The position numbers and the translations under genes were made by a program. A stretch of 64,000 nt of DNA from the NCBI GenBank assembly GCA_050084985.1, contig JBITNC010000001.1:176514001-176578000 (forward strand). Direction: 5' to 3'. The notes beneath the pieces were generated by a model. It saw only the letters and a program-made list of their open reading frames with translations, ran no database searches and was not told the origin of the DNA. Below, piece after piece: positions 24,698-38,038 of the stretch. Position 1 is the stretch's first letter. Each line of letters starts with the position of its first letter. The DNA comes from Nageia nagi. Lineage: Eukaryota; Plantae; Pinophyta.

Positions 24698-26439
24698 CTA
24701 TGAAAAGGCATTCTGATTAGAAAATAATACAGACTACAGTTAAGCTTTGAAACATCATACACATAAGGAGATTAGAAAATAATACAGACAAGTAAATAAG
24801 GAGATATTAACTGTATATAAAATTAAAAGAATATATATTAAATTATGCACAATTAATCTTGTCCATAAAAACAAAACAGATTTATGGCAATATGCAATAT
24901 TCGTGATATAAACAAAGAAAGAAAATATATAAATGTCCATGGGTGACCAGAAATAGGTCAATGGGATTCAAATGTACAATCCAATTAAAAAGAAAAAGCA
25001 CTCTGGTTTGAAAACCATGTGGGCTAAGATAAAAGCTATAAAAGGCTTTACAAACTAGAGTCTCATCAAACGAGAGGCCAGTGAATATTCAACAACATCG
25101 AATTAGCCTATCTAGTAATGTTACAAGTTTGAGGCGATGGATATGGTTGCATCATCATCCACCACTATGAAGGGGTTGATGATAGCTATGATCACCTCCA
25201 ACAATGACTACTCGGAGCTAGGAAGACCCAGTTGGGTCTCCCTGGAATTTCTCTTAACATCCAAGGATGAAGGATCTTTTGTAGCAAAGAGAAAGCTAGT
25301 GATATACAATTGTCTCCCTAGCTTAGGTTACAAGCGAGAGGGGATGGATGGTTCACGATGATGATTTGTGGCTGGTCCATGGCATTGGGAGCAGAGGCAA
25401 GAGTATTGGCGTACGTTGGTAGGTATGTGTGAAGGTAGACACTATCGCACCAACCTATGCCCACTAACCTACTGAGTGTTGTTCTCTAAGGGACGTTTGA
25501 TGCCTTTGGAATCCGATATGGGAGGCAAAAAGGAGATGATCAACTTGGTGGTCATGAGGATCTCTTTGGTGGGCTGTTGTAGAGTTCTACATATGAAGAT
25601 AGTAACTCAAAGAAAAGAGGAAAAGCATCTTTGGTCATGGTAGCAAAAAAAAGTGAATAAGGAGCCTCCAAATCCTTTGTACAAGCAATGATAACTCCTT
25701 TGAATCTCATAATATGTGGAATATCAAAATATCAAGTGCACACCATATTCCAAGATGGTGCAAATAGAATCGTAGTTGGCCAAGGAAATTCCTCAAACAA
25801 TGACACCAATGGTGTTGAAGATAGTCTAGCTCAATGAGGGTACCATCAATGATCCAAAAGAAATGTTCAATGTAGAAAGCCACCTTGGGGCTAAGAGGCT
25901 AGGGAGGAGAGATCCAAGTAACATGGATGTATACCATCGATAAATATCCTCTCTAACAGATCTATTGATCATAGCCTTCCAAGGGAGAAGGTAAAGGGGA
26001 GTATGAAATGAGCAGTTGAATGATGGAAGTTGTTCAATGGAGATGCCAACGGACTGGAGAAGCAGATTGGCCTTGAAATACCAATATCATATGCACCTAG
26101 TGGGACCTAATGAAGCAAGCCTCTCTAAAGAGAACAATGTTATCCAAAGAAGAATCACCTAATCACCCGAGTCTATTGAGGAAGGATGTTAGCCAAAATA
26201 TGCTCTCAAAACAAAGTGGTTGTGAAGCAAACTCACTTTGAACAATACACTGGCGAATTGTTTGTTTGCAACAAATCACATATTAAAACATGATGGTTTG
26301 AACCCATTCAGTACGTGCCCCCTCCATAAGTCAAGAATCGAAGCTCTGAATCTCTAATCCAATAAGAATTATGGGTTTAATGATTGTATTGAAGAGGTGT
26401 TCCATTGAAGGGAGTTAAGTGAATAAAAGGCTTGATTAG

Positions 26440-27138
26440 AGGATGCAAGATTGGAGACTTGTTGGCAAACAAGTTGTGATTTGGAGAGCAAACCCTAGCT
26501 ATAGCCAAATGAACGACCTAGATGATTCTAATTTTGGAATAGTAATTCTAAAGTTGTAATGTTGGAGATGATTTTGATGTCATAATTCTAAAGATGATTC
26601 CTCTTTGCAAATGATATTGGAATTAGCGTCAAGGCTTTTCAGAGTGATCTAGGTCAACTAAGCAAGTTGTTGATCAATTGAACCAAAATGTTAATGCTTT
26701 AAACAAATGGTACCAGAGCACCACACAATTGACAATTGGGTGCTAGAAAGTTTGACATTTTGGGATGGCATAGCAAAATGTTGGGCATTTTGGCAAAGTT
26801 GCCCCTTTGGGCTACATTGATTCCAAGAAATGCAATTAAGATTCTTTTAGGGATTTTGATGATTCTACCATGATGATCAAAGATGAAAGATGATTGTTGA
26901 TGATAATTGTCACCTTCTTTCTTTGTCCTATCTCTCTTGATGAACACTTGGAAGTGATTTATATAGGCTTGACAAATTAGATTTTGGTTTCATGTAGGTG
27001 GACCCATCTAGAACAATGTGTATATAACATAATGCAAACCTAGAATATTTCATTTAAGTTATCCTAGAACAATAAAAAATAGGCTCTAACTCAAATAAAA
27101 TCGTTTTAAAGAATTAAGAAGCAATTTAAGTGTCTACA
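26440..27138 (-). mobile_element. LTR fragment of the TGTAGACAC family with adjacent PPT
   Basis: Ends GTGTCTACA followed by TTTTGCCCTTTTTT (PPT on the minus strand); colinear similarity with 44780-45500 and 2590-2912. Confidence 0.65.
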
Positions 27139-28626
27139 TTTTGCCCTTTTTTAATATAGTTGAGAAGCAAAACTCAAGGACATGTTCCAAAATAAAAGGA
27201 TACAAAACTTGACAGTCTTGCACTATTGCCCTTTCAAAGATCCTATTAAAAGTTGTTGCGATTTAACGTGAGACCTATCCTTGCCCCAAAGGTTGAGAAG
27301 GACAATAATTCAGAATTCAATACTTCAAAGTAGGATAATTGAAGAAATAATAATTCAGAGCTTGATAAATCTTGGAAGATAATTCGAAGATTTGTGATAA
27401 AGAATTCCATAAAACTTGGATGATTCAGTTATGACTATTCAGATTTTGAAGAAGATAGTTAACTTTTTTCAGATTTCGTGAAAGATAATAACTGAAACTT
27501 CTTAGTCCAGACCATGGGTGTTATGCAACTCTTTGACCCAAATTGTGGATGTTCTATGATGCTTGATCCCAGAATCTTGGTATTCTCGAAAAGAAGGGTC
27601 TTAAGGTATTGGGAAGTGTGAAGATGAACAATGCAAGCTAAACTAGTATGATAATGTACAAAAAAATGTAGAGAATAGTGTTATAAACTTTTCGTATGCA
27701 TAACATTCATTGGTTTCAAAAATTCTTTACTATGGTTAACAACTTGTATGGTCCAAAATCAAAAATTTTAGTGACAACATATGGACCCAACCAATTTAGC
27801 TCAAATTAACCCTTGAGTTTTCCCTTGGTAGTTTTCTTCTTATTTTCCGTAAGGACTAAGTTTCTAATCTGAAGCTCCCTTGGCTGAATCTTCTTTCCAT
27901 ATGCTCTTTTGATCCTACTATGACAGGATTTTAGATGGTCCACTACTTGGAGTCTCTTCTCATCAAGGTGTTTCAACTTATTTAATTATGCTTGTCTCAT
28001 ATCCTCTTCTGAAATGATTCCTTTCAATGATACTTGGAGTGAGTAAATTTCCAATTCTAGACATATGACTACTTATTCACTATAAACCAAAGAAAATAGA
28101 ATTGCCCCAATTGGAATTTTGATAATAGTTTATAGGCCCATAGGTGCAAAAGGTAGTTGTTGATTGTGCCTATCTTTTTGATGCTTTGCTACTGATTTTG
28201 ATAAAATGTTGATAATAGTCTTGTTTCTTGAGATGGAAGACTAAATATTTTGATGATATGATTGGTGATGAACTTAGCGATATATTTTGTTTTCATAGAG
28301 GATAGAGATACTACTTTCACCAATTTGGTAAAATATTTTGTTGTTGTTATGATGAATTAACGACCATCCTCTAATTAAGGATTGAACATGCCAATAATGT
28401 CTATGCACCATGTTGAAAAAGGCCATGGAGCTACTGTGTTGCTAAGCTCTTGTGATGATGTGTGACTGAGATCAACTTGTTTTAGGCACCTCTCACATTT
28501 TTAACAAACTTGTGGCAATATTGTTGTAAGGTCAAACAATAGTATCATGTACGCAATAATTTCTGTGTTAATAATTTTCCATTGAACTGTCCACTACATA
28601 TTCCTTCATATGTTTGTTCCATAGTT

Positions 28627-29845
28627 CAGTGTTGGCAGAATCAACAATTAATCACCAAAATTGCATCAGAATCGGGATTGCCAGACTAGAAGATTTTTTT
28701 GATACTGATTACGATTTTTTTGCTGGTCTAGTGATTTTTTGGAGAAAATCGTGATTCCGATTCCTCAAAAAATTGCGATTCAATCTTGATTTCCAATGGG
28801 AAAAATGTTGATTTTTGACAAGCAGCAGCTAAGAGGTTAAAAATAGGAAAACTCACTCATTTTTCACTTTTTCTACCAACCATGAGCAAGGAGCTAAGAG
28901 GAGCTAGGGGAAACAACATTTTCAAAAATTTCCCAAGATTCCAACACATCCAAGTTTCCAAATCTTTTTCCAAAGGTTTTTGAGTTTTGTTGGGTTTTTC
29001 TCCCTAAGTTTTTTTTTTCTAATTTGTACGAGTTTCAATGAGTAAATTTGTTATTTTTTTACAGTGTCTATGATTGCTTGCCCCTTGTGACATTGTGTTG
29101 TTTGTTTGTTTGTTTTGCAACTACAGGTATGAGTTCTTCGCAAGGAAAAGGACAAGGGCAAATAAGGGACCCTTGTTGGGTTTATATGACAGCAACTAAA
29201 GTAAAAGGTAGTAACACTTGCAATTTTTGTAATGAAGTTGTTACTGGAGGTGCAATCAAGATGAAATTTCATTTAGCAAGAATTTCTAGGCAAAATGTAA
29301 AAATTTGTCCCTTGTGGATATTGATGTCCAAAGGCAAATGAATGCCTACTTGGAGATCCAAGCACAAAAAAGGGATACAAGGAAAAGAACACAAGCTAAA
29401 ATGGTCATACCTCCATCTTACCCACCTCCACCCCCAACCTTTCCTTCTTTTACGACTATCCATGAAGAAGGTAATACCAGTGCAGAATAAAACAGAAAGA
29501 TTAGGCATCCAACACTATCTAGCATTTCAGTTTCTATAGGCACTAGTAATGCAGTGTGGTATGATTTCTTTGCACCCCATGGTGGCCAAACCACACTTGA
29601 TGCAACATGATATAAGGATAAATTTAAAGAAGCCAAAAAGGCAATGGGAAATTTCTTGTATTACTTTGATATTCCATTCAATGTGGTGAACTCGCCATAT
29701 TAGGACTACATGGTTGTAGCAATTGCAACTTGTGTTCTTGGGTTCAAAGCACCAAATTATCAGGATTTGCAAGGACTTATATTGGATGAGTTGTAACAAA
29801 CATTAGGAGGGTTATTAAGGAGCAAAGAAAGATTTGGAGAAAAAA
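28627..29845 (+). mobile_element. 5' part of a hAT transposon with BED zinc-finger remnant
   Basis: Starts CAGTGTTGGCAGAATC; subterminal AATCG/CGATT motifs; RDPCWVY...CNFCNEVVTGGAIKMKFHLARISRQNVKICP; later FDIPFNVVNSPY; no right TIR found. Confidence 0.85.
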
Positions 29846-30663
29846 TTCAATTTGGTGAAGTCCTCAACATGTTAAAACACCATTGGGTGTTAGCGAAAAT
29901 TGGGAAGAAGTGACCTCAATAATCGTATCATGCAATTTTGTCCATTAGTGGCCATTTTGTAAACAACTTAACAACATCCTTGACTCTCATACATGAATCC
30001 TCCACTATTTCTCCCTCAATCATCTTGAGATTCTCTCTTGGCATTTTGCAACCTCATACTCTGGATTTGGTCATTCAACCCACCATAGAAATTCTCCAAA
30101 GCTTTCCAAGATTCATTTGCGATCCCCATGGTTTCCGCAAGAGGAAAAATGGGTTTAAACATGGTTGAAAGGATGTCGGAGAGTGCTTGAACATTATTTA
30201 GCTCCTCCTCCTTTGCTTCCTTATCATCCTTTAAGAAGGTCTTCCAATCCTTTGAAGGAACACGCTAATTTTCCACACTTTTCTACAATCCCTTTGACCT
30301 CAACAGATTTTGCATTTTGATGCTCCAATAATCATAGTCTTCACCATTAAAATCAGAAAGAAGAAGATTTGACTTGCCTTCATGCTCTACCATTATAACT
30401 CACAAATTACAAGGAAAACAACTTTCCAAACTTGTTTTTTGTTACAAAAAAAAACAACACTCTCAACTCCAACTATCTTTAATACTAAATGATAATTTTG
30501 CCAACTCAGTTTGAATTTATCCTGTTTATGAATCACTTTCAAACAAGAATTGCAAACCCAAAGAAAAGCACTAGCAAAACCAAGTGAACATATCTCACAT
30601 AGAGATTAACATACAAAGTAATTTAAAAAAGAAAAAATTGATTTTGACACTTCAATGGAGTCT

Positions 30664-31798
30664 TGTATTGCCCTCAAAACAACGATAAAGTCTTGGTATA
30701 TATATAGCAACACCACAACAAAAATGAAGTAGAAAATATACAATATATTACATTCTAGGTATGACTATTTAGTTTCCATGAAACAAACCAAATACAAATG
30801 TACGAAAATCCACAATAACACAATAGAACCAAATTTGATTTTATATTTTTATTCTCTTTTCAAGTGACACAAATTGCAACGACAACAGATTAGAGACAAT
30901 GTAGACAACGTATTACACTTATATGTATTCAAAACTCCTACAAATCACTGAACACACCTTAACAAAACTGGAAGAACAATTGTAGCATCCTCAAAATGGT
31001 AAACGAATCCTTAAAGGACTAGTAATTTCGCACTAATGCAGTCACTACTGCAGTTATGGTACATGCAGCCCCAAACGAACTCCTCAAAATCCCCAGCAAA
31101 CTGCTCTAATGCCAAAATTATTATCTCAACTCCTGAAACTTCAAACATGCAAGCACAAATACAAACCTTGAATACATTTGTCCTCAAATGGGTAAATAGT
31201 CTTCAGATCTCTTCTCCAACCTCCATTAGATCAGATCTAATGGGAACCCTTTTGAAATATCCTTAGCTAAATACAAGGCCCAAAAGCATGCAAGCTTTCC
31301 AAGTTCTCTACCAAAATCAGCCCCCTCCAAATGACCAACTCTTGCTCTTATATAGTCTTGGAAATCTTAATTTAAGCCTCTTGACAGTTACCAAAGTCTG
31401 CCTCATAATAGTTACAAATCCTCTCCTATGGCAGTTACAAAAGCATTAAATAATACCTTGGACTTTGACCTCATAACAGTTACTTTTGCCAAAATGACAA
31501 TTACAAATACTAGAGACATTTAATACTGCCTTATAATCCAAAGCATCAAGCTAAAAACGTGTACCAATTCAATGACATTAATTAATACATTTTTTCTTGT
31601 CCCAAAACTATTCTAAATACATAACCAACTCCCTAAACACTTATACTAACAATAATACTTCTCAAAACACACTAATAAACCCCTATAACTCCTATTTTAA
31701 CCACAAAATATGACAAAATACTCTCAATGACACCCAAAAACACTTAAAACACAAAAACAACAATATTTACAATACTCAAATTATTTTGGAACATTACA
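30664..31798 (-). mobile_element. LTR (solo-like, no TSD)
   Basis: TGTATTGCCC...GGAACATTACA; TATA-like ttatata near 31348; the flanks do not match. Confidence 0.55.
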
Positions 31799-32712
31799 TT
31801 CCAATGTCAATTAGATTCCCATGGTATTTTTCGTAACTTCCACATGTCTATTGACTTGCTTGAAGCTCAAGAGACATTAATATTTTTTATTTTATTACAT
31901 TGTCTATTTTTTGAATAAGACGTACACATATTAATATTCTCTTTAAGTGATTAACTCTTCAACACCTTTACAGTTAACTTGGGCTTTGTTGGTTAAGTAG
32001 TCACAAGAAAAGCTCATTTCAACCTTCAAAATGCAATTAAAATTGTTTACTATTTTTAACAAGCTAGTTTTAGAACTTCATAGAGTTTTCTTTGAATAAA
32101 TAAGGACTATTGTTGTTCCCTTTTTTAGAGGTTTCTATTTTGATCTATATAATTTATTGTTGTTTTCAAATAACTCAATGAAGAACATCCAAAGCCTTTT
32201 TTGCTTACAAACAATAGTTCATATTTTTCTTTCTAAGCAATTTTTCCTTTCAAAATCACTATAAGGAAATAGAGAGAAAGTGAAAGAAAGGGACAAAGAG
32301 AGAGGGAGAGAGAGAGACTCTTGTAATAATTTCCTTTATCTTTTCCGCATTTTGGGCTTGCATTTCCAAAGGCACTTCCTTTTGGGAAACTACACCAGCT
32401 CTCAAGTTGCATTAAACATAGGGAAAATCAATCTTCAACTCATTTGGGAGTGCACACTACCAATTGTTTTCTCATATCTTTAAATTCTTGACCCGCATTT
32501 AAATTCCCTAAGAAAGTAGCAACCATGCCTCCCTATCCGAGATTTCGAAGTGCATGCAATGACAAACTTTAAGAAATAAGTCTTTGATAGGCAACTTCCT
32601 TTCTACCTTTTGTTCCCATTCAACTAGGCTTTTTTGTTCTTGTGGTGTACTAAAACAAAATCAGCTATAAAAAGTACTAGGAAAACAAAAACCAACCATT
32701 GTGTCTTCCCCT

Positions 32713-33565
32713 TGTGATGTTCCTTTTATTTTTATTTCTTTATTTCTAGCAAACCCTCAATATAAAAATGCAAAAATAAATTGCAGCAATAAAATAACTC
32801 AGAAATTGCTCATAAAATAACACTAGTATGAGGAGAAATCAGCCAGTATCATATATTAAATATTTCCAAACCAATACAAAGCTGGAATAGACAAATGAAA
32901 TCCTCACGAAACAAAAAATGCAGATACAAACTTTCCAAACTGAGTGAATCCCTCCACAAAAGAAATGCCACGAACCACTCACAGATGCCTCGTTTTGTAT
33001 TTTTGATATTTTAGGGCAATAACACCTTCAATGATATTGCCAAGTCCCCAACCATGCGCCTCCAATGCACTATGGGAATGAGCAAGACCTGCAATCTCAA
33101 CTCATGGAAACTCTAGGGTTTCAATATTCAATTCTCATATCACATAACATACCCAAAATGGAGTGTTGCATCTCCTTATATAGACTCCAACCCTAATCTT
33201 GCATTGACCCCTCTAAGCTAATCTAAGCCATTGATTGGCCTTATTACAAATAAAAGTACTTAAAATAATATTAGAATAACATAAAAGTTTATTATAATTC
33301 AAAATTGCACTTTTAAGTAAAAATCCACTAAGTTAAGTGGATTTTCGTGTGTAGGCGCGATATGGAAGACTGGTTCGACTGGCGAACTTCAAGTAGCCAT
33401 AACTCCTTCATTTCTTGTCCAAAAGGGGTCATGTGACCACTTAAAACAAATGCCACGAGATGCTCTATCCAATTTTGAAGGTGCAACGACCATATCTGAC
33501 TTGTAGGAGAAAAGATTTGTGGAAAATCCCAAATGCAAGATATTCTTAAAAATAGGGTCATTACA
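32713..33565 (-). mobile_element. Solo LTR sharing R-U5 with the chromovirus LTR
   Basis: TGTGATGTTCC...GGTCATTACA; TSD CCCCT/CCCCC; 32713-33160 is highly similar to 14800-15381 apart from one internal deletion; the remainder is unrelated. Confidence 0.9.
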
Positions 33566-33947
33566 CCCCCACACAATAGTATTTATGACTATCCATTGCA
33601 TTGCCAATGATAGATGTTAATGTTGATATTGATTTCATTGCTTAGGAATGGCATGATAGTCTTGTGGTTCAAAAGATTGAATACTCGAAGAAAAGTTTTA
33701 GAAAACAATTTTGGGCTTACTATAAAAACTAAGGAAAAAGTTTGGGATCCTCCTAATAAAACTTTTTGAAGAAATTATTTCCTTATGAATTTTGGTATGG
33801 AAAATGCCTTTTGAGATTTAAAAACAAAAACTGGAGAGGGAAGCAAGCAAAAGCCTGAAAAGAAATAAAAGTTGAGACTCCAATCAACTTACGCAAGCAT
33901 CTAATTATCTAGTATTCTGAGACCATTAAATCCTAGTGAAAGCGCAA

Positions 33948-34030
33948 GAATGAGCTATGGAGTTGTCAATGGCATGGGAATGAGCTATGGAGTTGTCAAT
34001 GGCATGGGAATGAGCTATAGGGTTGTCAAA
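33948..34030. repeat. 30-bp tandem repeat, about 2.7 copies
   Basis: Unit GAATGAGCTATGGAGTTGTCAATGGCATGG. Confidence 0.9.
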
Positions 34031-34864
34031 AGCACAAACATGAGCTAAGTTCTGATGCTCTAAGACTCACAAAGTGAGGGTATGAAAGCCAAAACTTTAA
34101 GATGCCCAAATCAACGTGAGATTTCCAAAGTTTTGAAAACCTCAAAATGTTAACAGAGGACCAAAATCCCAAAAACCATAAGCCTAGAAGAACCAAGACC
34201 TGAAACTTGCTAAGTGCTAACGTTTGTAATGCTTCCTCAAGGTTCGAACTTCAAACCTACCAAAAGATCAAACAAAGACCAAGATTGTCGAAACCGATAC
34301 TTGTCAACAAGCTCACCCTACCTTTCAAAGGGAGTCATCATTAGGGTACAATAATAAATTCACTATATGCAAAATTCAACATTGAATCTCTTGTCAAATT
34401 TAATGACCACAAGATGTTGAAATGCCCAACAAAGATAGAATCAATGTATATGATTAGGTTTCATGTTCGAAATTCAAAGATTTGAACAAGCATACAAATA
34501 CGTTCTCACCCAAAGCTATTGAATGCTACTGCAAGAGGAAGGGACACTAAGAAGCATGTGAACATGTTCAATGAAGGTGGACTAGCATGTCGATCAATTG
34601 GAAATGGCAAATGCTATACAGACCATCATCTGTCAAATAGAATATCAAGAATTGCCATTGTACCCGATACAACGATATGCACAATAGTTTTGCCAACAAT
34701 GCAACTTGCATGTGTTGAATATGAAATTCTAGTTGTTTAGGTCATAGTTGTAAGAATTAGAATTAGATTGAAATCGTTTGGTTGGAGGATTCGGATTAAT
34801 CGAGAATCAGATCAGAATTGACAAAAAAATCGGCATATAAAAAAACTAAGGAATTTTACCAATT

Positions 34865-37800
34865 TGACATTGAAAGAAATCATTTTTAGCTATCTCTCAA
34901 CAATGCATATCAAATAAGACTATTGGGGGATTTTCTTTCCTACCTTGCTGATAGGCAAATAAGCTTGCAAGGCTTATGGAAGACACCAACACCTAGCTGG
35001 TAGGGCGTGACCCCTACCCGCTATGAGGACTGGTTACCTCAAAGGTCTTGTGATGGGATGTGCAAGAAGTTACTCAAGAGATTGGTTAAGATGTTTAACA
35101 TTGTTTCCAACTCAAATAAAATTTGTTAATCAAGGACTCAAAGTGTCCCTATCTCCAGAAAATGGTTGTTTCTCAAAAAAATGAAAATCGGGTTGCAAAA
35201 GTCACGAAAAAAAAAAGTGAAAAAATAAAAGAAAAACATAGACTAGATGGTGGTATTTGAGTTGGGCACAAGTGCATATGGTCTCATCGACTGGTGTAAG
35301 GATTGGGATCTACTCCTTTAGAGCTTGATGCAAGTTCCACGCACTCCTTATCCCTATCACTAGCCAACTACACGAATGGACTAGTACAAGGAGCATGAAG
35401 TTACAGGCAAAGGTGGCTATAAGGTAGATCGTGAGTGAATCTTCAATAGTGGAGAGAAAGTCTTGTACTAAGCGACACAAAAGAAATCATCCCAAACAAC
35501 ACAAGTCTAATATGCAAATCATGAACCATTACACATCATATCTCACTCAAAGATCACTTCAATTGGTATTCAACAAACTTTTTCATCCACCTCAACACAA
35601 GGTTTATGAAATGAGCAAAAAAAGATAGCAATATCATTCATTCATTGGATTCAATAAGGCATTCAACACATGTTCATGATTCCATTAATGAGAGCATTCA
35701 CCATTCAATTGCATGAGATAATACCACATTCACAATTGGAGCAACTTGTTTAATTGGAAGCAAGAGTTAAGTTTCTCACAAGTGCAAAATGTCTAATCCT
35801 TTACAAATGAGCCCAATGGGCTATAAATAGTTTTCTTGGCAACCATGATTGTTTCCCTAACCGTAATACAAAGAACAATGAAAACACAAGTGGTCCAATC
35901 ATAAAGCACCACATGTCATTACAAGATTTCATCCAAACATGTGGGAGCAAATCCTCATCCTTCACAAGTTTGGGAATTAAATAATAATATAATAAAGTAT
36001 TTTGGCAAAAATAAAAGTCATTTTCTTGGAAATAAAAATAAATTTGAAAATTGTGACTAAGACAATGGTGGGCCCAAGGTCGCAACTTGTTCCTCGAAAT
36101 CCTCATCCAAGAGTTTCGTAGCAAGCTCCAACCCACGCAGCAAGCTCCAACCCATGCAACATCTCTAAAATCTTGGGTTTGTTCTCAGCAACATAGTGTC
36201 CAACTTCATCAATCAATTTCTGCATCTCTATCCTCCATGTATAGGCTCTCATCATATGCCTAAGATGACTTCCAATCTAATGTTGACATCTTCCGTCATG
36301 AGCAAGCTTTGATGAAGGTGTCTAACATTTGTTACTACCAAGTATGTCTCTCTGATAGTAGTGATGCAATCTTGCCTTCATCATTCGAGATCTCTTGCAA
36401 AGTCCTTGGTCAAACTGCTTTTGAAAGTGGTCATAATGCTCAACTTTGTGATGGGTTCCACTAGGAGTGATGCATGGGTGTTCTAGTGATGAGGCTGCCC
36501 AACATTGCTTTTCTTGTCTCCCAATTCCTTGCACGAGCCTTAAGAAGCAATGGGACGGATTCCAAACTCAAACCTGGTCTTCTTCTGCAATTCTGCTACA
36601 AGGGTAGAAGATGAGTGCGATTTGAATTTGAGAAAAATGAGGTCGTCAACCTTGTATTTATAGCTGAATTTGGTCTCCAAGAAACCCTAGTCGGCCATGC
36701 ATAGGAAAAATCCATCCTAGTCATCCATATGGCCGACCTCAAGATGTGTGCCCACTCGAAATTGCATGATTGGCCTTCGAAAATTGGATGTGGGAGTTCC
36801 GAAGCCCTTCTAGGTCAAGCACATGCCCAAAAAAGACAAGATTTTGTCTTTCTGAAGCATGCGCCAACCTTGGGGATGCATGCTCTCTATGCGTTGGTAT
36901 TTTTGGCTCCCCTGCTCGTCCGTCTTGACCTTGAAGCTCATCGTGAAACCTAAACTTGTCTAATTTTTGCTCTTTCTGGTGCTGCCCAAGCTTGTCAAAT
37001 TTGATCATTATGCCCAACCTGGACACCCCCCAAGTCAAGCACATGATTCAACATGACAAGATTTTGTCTTTTCAAAATGTGCGTCTAGCTCTCCCAATTT
37101 GAACGCATGCTCCAGAAAGTCAAGATTTTGTCTTTCTGAGGCATGCATTAGGTTGCAGATGCCCAGATTTGCTAAGTTTCCGGTTCTTGCTCCTAGGACT
37201 TAGCCAAATTTTCGTGGTTTGCTTATCCTAAAGCCTCCCTAAATCTGGCACATGGTTCAAAAAGTTAAGATTTTCTCTTTTGAAATCATGCGCCAACCCC
37301 TCTGGTCCTGTTGAAGCTGGTTTCGAGCTTCGAGGCTCCATGCCTTAACCAAATTTCACATTTCGAACGAACTGGATCCCTCTTTGCCTTGAGCGCATGC
37401 CCCCAAAAGACAAGATTTTGTCTTTTTGAGGCATGCGCCAAACGTGAAGTGTCTTTGACTTGCATTTTCCCTGCTCTGTCTCTATCTAGGATGCTCCCTA
37501 GCCCTAGTGCATGCTCCAAAAAGACAAGATTTTTTCTTTTGGAGGCATGCGCTAGGCCTCAAAGTGGCCCAGTTTGCCTTTCTTAGATTTTATTCTGGTT
37601 TGGACAACCCCTCGGCTCGAGCGCACATCCTAGAAAGACAAGATTTTGTCTTCTGGAGACATGTGTTGGGTCTCAAAGTAGCCTAGCTTGACCTAACTTA
37701 GCTTTCACTCAAGTTGGATTCCCCTAACTTACCTAAGGCCAACTTTCGAACTCAACATGACTTAGATTAGGCGAATGATAAGACTTAGGCTTAGGACAAC

Positions 37801-38038
37801 AAGACATGGTAAGTAGGTCTTACAAAACCTCATGAGTAGGATGAGACAAAAACATGACACTACGTGAACACAAGTTGTTGAGGGTCCCCGAAATTTGAGG
37901 CTTGGGACAACAAGACATGGTAAGCAGGTCTTACAAAACCTCATGAGTAGCATGAGACAAAAACATGACACTACGTGGACACGAGTTGTTGAGGGTCCCC
38001 AAAATCACAAGATTTGCGGGCATCTTATGTTAGTCACA
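34865..38038 (-). mobile_element. ~3.2-kb long LTR-like element carrying a palindrome array
   Basis: Right terminus ...GGGCATCTTATGTTAGTCACA matches, in reverse complement, TGTGACTAGCACAACACATCCCG at 57444; minus-strand TATAAATA near 36655-36662; 111-bp subterminal duplication at 37787-38000. The left boundary is approximate. Confidence 0.6.
36819..37667. repeat. Array of seven ~46-bp palindromes with variable spacers
   Basis: GCGCATGC-CCCC-AAAAGACAA-GATT-TTGTCTTTT-TGAG-GCATGCGC; centres at 36840, 37060, 37124, 37269, 37414, 37528, 37642. Confidence 0.92.

Noticed and set aside
24990-26400. Possible second decayed LINE-like element on the minus strand
   Set aside because: Only a vague 3'-end resemblance; no TSD, poly(A) or clear protein motif.
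36819-37667. True CRISPR array
   Set aside because: Eukaryotic TE context, no cas genes, degenerate repeats, spacers of about 20-175 nt with residual similarity between elements. Reported as a palindrome array instead.
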